Source: Myxococcales bacterium (GTDB lineage: Bacteria; Myxococcota; Myxococcia; Myxococcales; Anaeromyxobacteraceae). Taken from it: a stretch of 49,318 nucleotides of DNA. This document shows, piece by piece, positions 30,070-36,330 of this stretch. The stretch lies in contig JBBQEB010000008.1 of NCBI GenBank assembly GCA_038320275.1, positions 1 to 49,318 of the forward strand. The letters are read 5' to 3'. A program made the position numbers and the translations under genes. The number at the start of each line of letters is the position of its first letter. Position 1 is the stretch's first letter. The notes under the pieces were generated by a model that saw only the letters and a program-made list of their open reading frames with translations, did no database searches and was not told where the DNA came from.

Positions 30070-30113
30070 GCGAGCGCAATGCCAATGTCAGACCGTCGTG
30101 TGATGTTGCTCCC

Positions 30114-31355
30114 ATGACCGACGCTCGAAGCTTCGCCCGTGAGCTCGCGACGCTCCTTCGTCGCGAGCAGGCCGCCACCGCCGAATTCCTCGCCGCACTG
30201 GCACGATTCGACGAGCGGCGCTGCTGGGAGGATCTCGGCTACACGAGCCTCTTCTACTTCCTTCACCGCGAGCTGCGCCTGTCGAAGGGCGCCGCCTTTT
30301 ACCGCTCGCAGGCAGCAGTGCTGGTGCGCCGCCACCCCGAGGTGCTCGACGCCCTCCGCGATGGGCAGCTGTGCCTGAGCAGCGTCGCTGAGCTGGCAAA
30401 GGTGCTCACTCCAGACAATCAGGCGGAGGTCCTCCCGCGCTTCTTCCACGCCTCGAGCCGCGAGGCGAAGGTGGTCGTGGCGGAGCTGCGGCCCGCAGCG
30501 AGACTCCCGCAGCGCGATGTCATGACCGTGAGACCCGACACCGCTGACGTGCGCGGCATCCCGGGGAGCGAGGTTGAATCTGCTTCTGCGATGCCCTCCC
30601 CCCTCGGCTTGGCGCCGGCCTTCGTCTCGCCGTCGCCGGACGCGGCACCTCCCTTGGCCGCGGGTGTGGCGCAAGACACTGCGTTTGCCGCTGTTGTTGC
30701 TGCTGTCCCGACCCCCGGCTCCGCTCGGGCGGCACCGCGAACGTTCCAGCCTGACGAAGTGCAGCCGCTCACCGGCGATTTGCGCCGGTTACACGTAACC
30801 GTTTCGCGCCGCGTCGTGGACAAGCTGACCGCGGCGCGCGATGCGCTCTCGCACGCGTTGCCCGACGCCAGCACGGCCGACGTCCTGGAACGGGCGCTCG
30901 ACGCCTTTCTTCTTGCCGACGCGAGGAAGAGGAAAGCCGCCGCCGATCGGCCACGCCCGCGGGGGCCGGCAGCCAGTGTGCCGGCGAGCGATCCGGTCGG
31001 TGAGGGGGGGAGGGCGTCCGCGACGCCGGACACCCGTACGTCTCGTCATGTTCCCGCCGAGGTCAAGCGCGCGGTATGGGCTCGGGACGAGGCCCGCTGC
31101 CAGTTTACCCTCGCGAACGGCGGCATCTGCGGCTCCACGCGGTGGCTGGAGATCGACCACGTCGTGCCGGTGGCGCGCGGCGGGCCGTCCACGGTCGAGA
31201 ACACGCGCCTCCTGTGCGGTCTGCACAACCAGCTGGCGGCGCGCAGGACCTTCGGAGCCGGCTGGATGCGCCACCGCGTCGAGGCGAGGAGGGGCTCGTC
31301 AGTTCAGACGCTTGAACCGAGCAGCGCACCCCATGTGCCAGGCATCGTGCTCTGA
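30114..31355 (+). CDS. HNH endonuclease with long helical (DUF222-like) N-terminal region
   Basis: C-terminal R.VP..VKRAVW.RD..RC....C....LEIDHVVP.ARGG.....N..LLC..HN; start ATG 30114. Confidence 0.85.
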   Translation: MTDARSFARELATLLRREQAATAEFLAALARFDERRCWEDLGYTSLFYFLHRELRLSKGAAFYRSQAAVLVRRHPEVLDALRDGQLCLSSVAELAKVLTPDNQAEVLPRFFHASSREAKVVVAELRPAARLPQRDVMTVRPDTADVRGIPGSEVESASAMPSPLGLAPAFVSPSPDAAPPLAAGVAQDTAFAAVVAAVPTPGSARAAPRTFQPDEVQPLTGDLRRLHVTVSRRVVDKLTAARDALSHALPDASTADVLERALDAFLLADARKRKAAADRPRPRGPAASVPASDPVGEGGRASATPDTRTSRHVPAEVKRAVWARDEARCQFTLANGGICGSTRWLEIDHVVPVARGGPSTVENTRLLCGLHNQLAARRTFGAGWMRHRVEARRGSSVQTLEPSSAPHVPGIVL

Positions 31356-31453
31356 CCGCGTACGCCCTAGCCTGGGTCCTCGGCCTCATTTTGGGCTCGT
31401 CCCGCGCGATCCCCACCGCCGGGCTGTCAGAGCGCACTGCTAGGGTCGTCAGC

Positions 31454-31675
31454 ATGCAAACCTCCGGTGCCCAGCTCTCGCCCGACCGGCGCCAAACGGT
31501 CCTCGTCTCCGGCGGCTGTCCAGACGTCTGCCCCCGCTGCCAGGCGGACCTCGCCCACGCCTACCGTGAGGTGAGCCTCCTCGCGGTGATGGACGACGGC
31601 GAGGAGGTCCGCGTGCGGGGCCACGCGTGCGCCCGCTGCGGCTGGTGCTGCACGAACGGCCTGGAGGGCGATTAG
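31454..31675 (+). CDS. Small zinc-ribbon protein (73 aa)
   Basis: CPRC ... CARC pair separated by a likely beta-hairpin; GC3-rich codons. Confidence 0.6.
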   Translation: MQTSGAQLSPDRRQTVLVSGGCPDVCPRCQADLAHAYREVSLLAVMDDGEEVRVRGHACARCGWCCTNGLEGD

Positions 31676-31795
31676 CCGGGCTCGTCGCGCCACGTGAAGG
31701 GGGATCAGCCGGGCTCGTCGCGCCGCGGAAAGGAGACCAGACGGGTTCATCTGCCGCGGAAAGGGGCAATCATACGGGCTCGTTCCGGCCGGGGA
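31670..31795. repeat. Four degenerate ~33-bp tandem repeats
   Basis: Units start at 31670, 31703, 31735 and 31768 (core a.cgggctcgtc..gcc.cg..aagg), spanning two convergent stop codons. Confidence 0.8.
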
Positions 31796-33527
31796 TGGAG
31801 GGCACTTCGATCAGCATGTCGAAGGCGCCGCGCGTCGGTGGCCGGAGCGGCACCGCGAGCGGGTCCTCGCGCAGCTCGGGCGGCCCGCACACCGGGCACG
31901 CCTCGTCGCGGATCACGGTGAGCCAGACGCTCTGGAATGCGAGCTGGCCGGGCACCTCGCCGAAGAGCTGCGGGTAGAACCAGTAGTCTGGCACGGTGGA
32001 GAGGGTGAGGTAGGGCGTGCCGGCGGCGATGACGCGCTCCGTGAAGCCGGCCAGGCGCGCGCCCTCCTCGCCCGCCGAGAGCAGCGAGAGCCCGAGCTTC
32101 ACGCCCGCGCTCGCCACGTGGTGGATGTCGGCGGCGATGGCGCTCTCCCCCTGCAGGCGCCCGGAGCCGTAGTCCACCAGCCGCTCCGGGCCGCCGCTCG
32201 AGCCAGAGGTGCCCGTCGTACCCGTCGAAGCGGAGATACCGCCCCCCGTCCCCGGAAGCCGGTGCCGCGCCCCGGTCGCGCACAGGAAGCAGGGCGTTCG
32301 CTCAGGCGCGGACAGCACCACCTCCCCGCCCTCCGCGCCGGCGTAGAGCCCCACGAAGAGCGCCGGCCGGCCGCGGGCGTAGGCGAAGCGATTGAGGGCG
32401 CGCTGCGCAGCCGGGTCATCGGTCGCAGCGACGACGAGATCGGCCGCCCGGACCGCCTGGTCGAGGTCCGCCGGCGCGAGATCCTGGACCGAGCCCGCCA
32501 GGGAATCGACCCGGGCGGTGGGACTCACCGCCCGAAGCCTTCGCGCCAGCGCCTCGACCTTGAACGTGCCCACGTCGCGCGCCTCGTACACCGAGCGGGA
32601 GAGGTTCGCCCCCTCCACCCGCTCCGGGTCCACGAGCGTGAACGCTCCCACGCCGCTCCGGGCGAGCGCCTCGGCCATGTAGGAGCCCACCGAGCCGCAG
32701 CCAGCGACCAGCACCCGGCGCTCCGCGAGCGCGCGCGGGAGGATCCCGGCGCTGCGCGCGAAGAGCGCGCCGCGGTCCAAGGCAGGAAGAGCCGCGCGCA
32801 GGCCCAGGACGAGCCGCTCCTCCTCTCGATCCTGGAGCCGCCAGGGCAGCTCGAGCTGCTCCGTTCTGCCATCCCGGGTCGCAAGCACCAGCGGAGGCAT
32901 CGCCGGGTAGCTCAGCGCCGCGACGATGAGGAGCTCCATGCCCCCGGCGCCCTCGAGCCGCCCCGATGGCAGCGGGCCGGTGCCGAGGTCGGTGAGGAGG
33001 AGCTCCGGCAGCGCGCCGGGGGAAACCTCCCGCGCGGCCGCCTCGAGGTCGCGAAGGAGCGGAAGGGCGCGGACAGGGACGGGCCGGAGCTCCGCGCCCC
33101 CCTCCGCAAGCCGCCTCCCGGTGAAGAAGGACACCTTGCCCGACGGCAGCGGGAGCTCGTGCCCGGCGAGCTCGCCCGCGGGGCCACGGGTGACGATGGG
33201 CGCAAGGTAGGTGCCGAGGTGACCGTTCCTGCGCAGCCCCTCCGCCACCTCCCGCGCGTCCTGCTCCGAGGGATGATCCATCCCGGGCGGATGCGAGTGG
33301 ACGAGCCCCTTCAGCTCGAGCCCCTCCTCCCGCTCCAGCGCCTGCACGCGCCGGCCGAGCGAGGCCGAGGGGCTCCAGCTGGCCGAGCTGGAGCGCGCTC
33401 CGGGGTCCGGTTCCAGGCGGGTGACGAGCGGGACTCCCGGCGGGCCCAGCAGCGCGCCACCGCGCTCCGCCGGCGGGGCGCAGATGGCCTCCTCCACCGC
33501 GCGGAGCACCGCGTCGAGGACGGTCAC
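31770..33527 (-). CDS. JAB/MPN+ peptidase - E2/RWD-like - ThiF/E1 adenylation enzyme fusion
   Basis: N-terminus ERGG...HSHPPGMDHPSEQD (E...HxH-x7-S-x2-D); middle LSYPAMPP (YPxxPP); C-terminus VAGCGSVGS, DPERVEGANLSR, ATD, CFLC and CPVC. Confidence 0.88.
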   Translation of the reverse strand: MTVLDAVLRAVEEAICAPPAERGGALLGPPGVPLVTRLEPDPGARSSSASWSPSASLGRRVQALEREEGLELKGLVHSHPPGMDHPSEQDAREVAEGLRRNGHLGTYLAPIVTRGPAGELAGHELPLPSGKVSFFTGRRLAEGGAELRPVPVRALPLLRDLEAAAREVSPGALPELLLTDLGTGPLPSGRLEGAGGMELLIVAALSYPAMPPLVLATRDGRTEQLELPWRLQDREEERLVLGLRAALPALDRGALFARSAGILPRALAERRVLVAGCGSVGSYMAEALARSGVGAFTLVDPERVEGANLSRSVYEARDVGTFKVEALARRLRAVSPTARVDSLAGSVQDLAPADLDQAVRAADLVVAATDDPAAQRALNRFAYARGRPALFVGLYAGAEGGEVVLSAPERTPCFLCATGARHRLPGTGGGISASTGTTGTSGSSGGPERLVDYGSGRLQGESAIAADIHHVASAGVKLGLSLLSAGEEGARLAGFTERVIAAGTPYLTLSTVPDYWFYPQLFGEVPGQLAFQSVWLTVIRDEACPVCGPPELREDPLAVPLRPPTRGAFDMLIEVPSIPGRNEPV

Positions 33528-33681
33528 AGCAGGTGCCGCGACTCAGGCACAGCGCCCACCCCGGGCACCGATCCTCTCGCCCTGGCGGGCGGCCCCGTCG
33601 TTCCGCTGCTCGCCGTGGCGACCCTCCGGCTCCGCTGCTCACCTCCCGGGCGCCACCCCCGCTTCGGTCTCGACGCCCTCG

Positions 33682-33903
33682 TCACTTCACCATGCCCGGG
33701 CCGAGACACAGGCTGCCAGCGGCGAACACGGCCGGATGGATCTCCGAGAGCTGCCGCCCTTCGTCGCGCCCGGGCTCCTCGTCGCCCACCACGATGCGCC
33801 CCTCGCGATCGACGAACACACGGCGGCGGCGCGGCTCCGGCGCGGCGTCGCCGCGGGCGCCTTCGTCGAGGGCGCGGAACTGGTTCAGGCGGATGTCGGA
33901 CAT
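33682..33903 (-). CDS. Small protein (73 aa), candidate conjugated modifier
   Basis: MSDIRLNQF...RRVFVDREGRIVVG...LSEIHPAVFAAGSLCLGPGMVK; GAGGGAG RBS; start overlaps the 3' end of the E2-like gene. Function is inference. Confidence 0.68.
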   Translation of the reverse strand: MSDIRLNQFRALDEGARGDAAPEPRRRRVFVDREGRIVVGDEEPGRDEGRQLSEIHPAVFAAGSLCLGPGMVK

Positions 33904-34304
33904 GGAACGTCTCCCTCGGGCCGGGGCCCGTCGACAGCAAAGGTGCCCTGGTAGGCGCTGAAGCCGTTCGCCCACGCGACGCTGAGCGCGAAGGCCTCCG
34001 GGAGCGATCGCGTCCCCCCGCCGCCAGGGCCGAAGCAGATGCGGGCGTCGCGGAAGAGGTGCGAGGCGTGCAGGTCGAGACGGTTCCAGAGGTCGGGGCG
34101 GATCACCCGCACCTGGTAGACGCTGCCGTCGAACCAAGCGAACAGCTGGTAGAGGTCGCCCCCGGTGGTGGTCACCGGGTAGAGCCACCCCCGCGTTCCC
34201 TCCACGGTCAGCTCTCGCGTGGCCCGCGGCATGTGTCCCGCCGCGTAGGTGCGGTCGCGGCCCGAGCGCGTCATCCCGGCGAGCGCGGTGGAGAGGGTGC
34301 CCAC
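33885..34304 (-). CDS. Prokaryotic E2 (UBC-fold)-like protein
   Basis: Predicted beta-meander followed by HASHLFRDARIC (cf. E2 HPH/N...G.IC, Cys at 34035-34037) and a helix with Trp (SVAWANGF). Confidence 0.68.
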   Translation of the reverse strand: MGTLSTALAGMTRSGRDRTYAAGHMPRATRELTVEGTRGWLYPVTTTGGDLYQLFAWFDGSVYQVRVIRPDLWNRLDLHASHLFRDARICFGPGGGGTRSLPEAFALSVAWANGFSAYQGTFAVDGPRPEGDVPCPTSA

Positions 34305-34310
34305 GGATCG

Positions 34311-34316
34311 AAGCTA
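34311..34316 (-). promoter_or_regulatory. Candidate -10 element for a leaderless E2-operon transcript
   Basis: TAGCTT lies 6 nt upstream of GTG 34304; no Shine-Dalgarno is visible. Confidence 0.4.
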
Positions 34317-34356
34317 ACGAGCGCGAGGGAGGCGCGCCGCGCATGATGGCGGACCG

Positions 34357-35253
34357 GTGGAAGCTACCCTCACGCTGCCGCATACGCTGCCCTACGGGTG
34401 GCCAGCCCTGCTGGCCTTCCTGGCGGCGCGCGCCATCCCGGGGGTCGAGGAGGTGGTGGGCGGCGCCTACCGCCGCACCCTGGCGCTCGGTGCGGCCGAG
34501 GGCGTGGTGGAGGTGCGGCCGGCTGCAGCCCCGGCAGCGCTCCAGGCCACGCTCCAGCTCTCCAGGAAGACTCCGCTCGGGCCGGTCGGCGAGCGGCTGC
34601 GCCGGCAGTTCGACCTCGACGCGGACAGCGCGGCCATCGACGCGCACCTCGCGGGCGACCCGCTCCTCGCCGCGAGCGTCGCCGCGCGCCCCGGCCTGCG
34701 CGTCCCGGGCGCTTGGGATCCCTTCGAGCTCGTGGTCCGCGCCATCCTGGGACAGCAGGTGAGCGTCGCTGCGGCGCGGACATTGGCGGGTCGGCTGGCG
34801 CAGCGGTTCGGCGCTCCCCTCCGCGTTCCCGGTTGTCCTTCCCTCACCCACGCCTTCCCTGGGCCAGAGGTGCTGGCCACCGCCGACCTGACGGGGCTCG
34901 CGGTGACGGGCGCGCGCGCGCGGGCGCTGGGCTCGATCGCGCGGGCGGTGCTTGCCGATCCCGGCCTCCTGGAGCCCGGGCACGACCTCGAGACCACGGT
35001 CGCGCGCCTCATCGAGCTTCCGGGCATCGGCCCTTGGACCGCGCACTCCATTGCCATGCGGGCGCTCCGCCAGCGCGACGCCTTTCCGGAGGGCGACCTC
35101 GCGCTGGTGCGGGCCATGGGTGCGGAAGGCGGCGCGGCGGCGAGAGCCGAGGCGCTGCGCCGGGCCGACCGCTGGCGCCCGTTTCGCGCCTACGCGGTGT
35201 TCCACCTCTGGTCCTCGGGCTCGAGCACCCGCGGGGCGTCGCTGAAGGAGTGA
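34357..35253 (+). CDS. alkA: DNA-3-methyladenine glycosylase II
   Basis: RAIPGVE..YRRT N-domain, RVPGAWDPFE..RAILGQQVSV, HhH LPGIGPWTA..AM..D.FP.GD, WRPFRAYA. Confidence 0.92.
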   Translation: MEATLTLPHTLPYGWPALLAFLAARAIPGVEEVVGGAYRRTLALGAAEGVVEVRPAAAPAALQATLQLSRKTPLGPVGERLRRQFDLDADSAAIDAHLAGDPLLAASVAARPGLRVPGAWDPFELVVRAILGQQVSVAAARTLAGRLAQRFGAPLRVPGCPSLTHAFPGPEVLATADLTGLAVTGARARALGSIARAVLADPGLLEPGHDLETTVARLIELPGIGPWTAHSIAMRALRQRDAFPEGDLALVRAMGAEGGAAARAEALRRADRWRPFRAYAVFHLWSSGSSTRGASLKE

Positions 35254-35418
35254 CGAACGTTCTCGCTCGCGCGAGGAGGCTCGACCGACTATCCGGGTCG
35301 CGGTGACGATCTCTTCCCCGTCGAGGCGCGGCCCCGCGCGCGCGCGGTCTTCCGCGGCCGGCCTCGATCGCGGGCCGGCGCAGGTCTGGACGGCGCGCGT
35401 GCAGGTGAGGGTCTGACC

Positions 35419-36315
35419 ATGCGCCTCCACCTCGTCGACGGTACCTTCGAGCTCTTCCGCGCGCACTTCTCCAGGCGCCCGGGCCATCTCGCGCCGGGCG
35501 GCCGCGACGCCAAGGCGACCACCGGCGTCGCCATCTCGCTTCTGGCGCTCCTGCACGACGAGGCCGAGGCGGTCACGCACCTGGCGGTCGCCTTCGACAA
35601 CCCCGTTCGCTCGTTCCGCAACGATCTCTGGCGCGGCTACAAGTCGGACGAGGGCGTGCCGCCGGAGCTCCTGGCGCAATTCGATGGGGTGGAGGAGGCC
35701 GTGCGCGCGCTCGGGGTCACCGTCTGGTCCATGCGCGACTACGAGGCCGACGACGCGCTCGCGACCGGCGCGGCGCGCTTCCGGGGCGAGGTGGAGCAGG
35801 TGCGCATCCTCACGCCGGACAAGGACCTGGGGCAGTGCCTGGAGGGCAGGCGGGTGGTGCAGGTGGACCGCATGCGCAGGAAGGAGATCGACGAGGCGGC
35901 GCTCCTCGTCCGCCGGGGCATCCAGCCCGCGAGCGTGCCGGACTTCCTGGCGCTGGTGGGCGACGACGCCGACGGGCTCCCCGGCGTGCCAGGTTTCGGA
36001 GAGAAGACCGCCTCAGCGCTCCTCGGGCGCCACCGGCACCTGGAGGACATCCCCGCAGACCCGGCCCTCTGGCCGCAGGGCATCCGCGCCCCGCGCCAGC
36101 TCGCCCACGAGCTCGCGGCGCGCATGGACGAGGCGCTCCTGTGGCGAAAGCTCGCCACCCTGGTCGCCGACGTGCCGCTTTCGGAGACGCTCGCTGACCT
36201 CTGCTGGCGGGGCATCCCCCGCCAGCGCTTCGCGGCCTGGTGCTCGGCGCTCGACGCAGAGGGGCTCCTCGCGCCGCTCAGTGCCCGCCCGACCACCCGG
36301 TGGGCTCAACCCTGA
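35419..36315 (+). CDS. Stand-alone 5'-3' exonuclease / flap endonuclease
   Basis: HLVDG, YEADD, DKDL.Q and H3TH LVGD.ADG.PGVPGFGEKTA motifs; no polymerase domain. Confidence 0.9.
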   Translation: MRLHLVDGTFELFRAHFSRRPGHLAPGGRDAKATTGVAISLLALLHDEAEAVTHLAVAFDNPVRSFRNDLWRGYKSDEGVPPELLAQFDGVEEAVRALGVTVWSMRDYEADDALATGAARFRGEVEQVRILTPDKDLGQCLEGRRVVQVDRMRRKEIDEAALLVRRGIQPASVPDFLALVGDDADGLPGVPGFGEKTASALLGRHRHLEDIPADPALWPQGIRAPRQLAHELAARMDEALLWRKLATLVADVPLSETLADLCWRGIPRQRFAAWCSALDAEGLLAPLSARPTTRWAQP

Positions 36316-36330
36316 ACCCGTGGTCGCCGG

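Noticed and set aside
30114..31355. HNH protein as an IscB/Cas9-like RNA-guided nuclease
   Set aside because: No PLMP or split RuvC motifs; the HNH is C-terminal; no CRISPR array in the window.
31670..31795. Repeats as a mini CRISPR array
   Set aside because: Units are directly adjacent with no unique spacers, and there are no cas genes.
31770..33527. Ordinary MoeB/ThiF cofactor-biosynthesis enzyme, or a standard CBASS locus
   Set aside because: Fused to JAB and an E2-like domain with no adjacent ThiS/MoaD or biosynthetic genes; no CD-NTase or effector is recognisable in the window.
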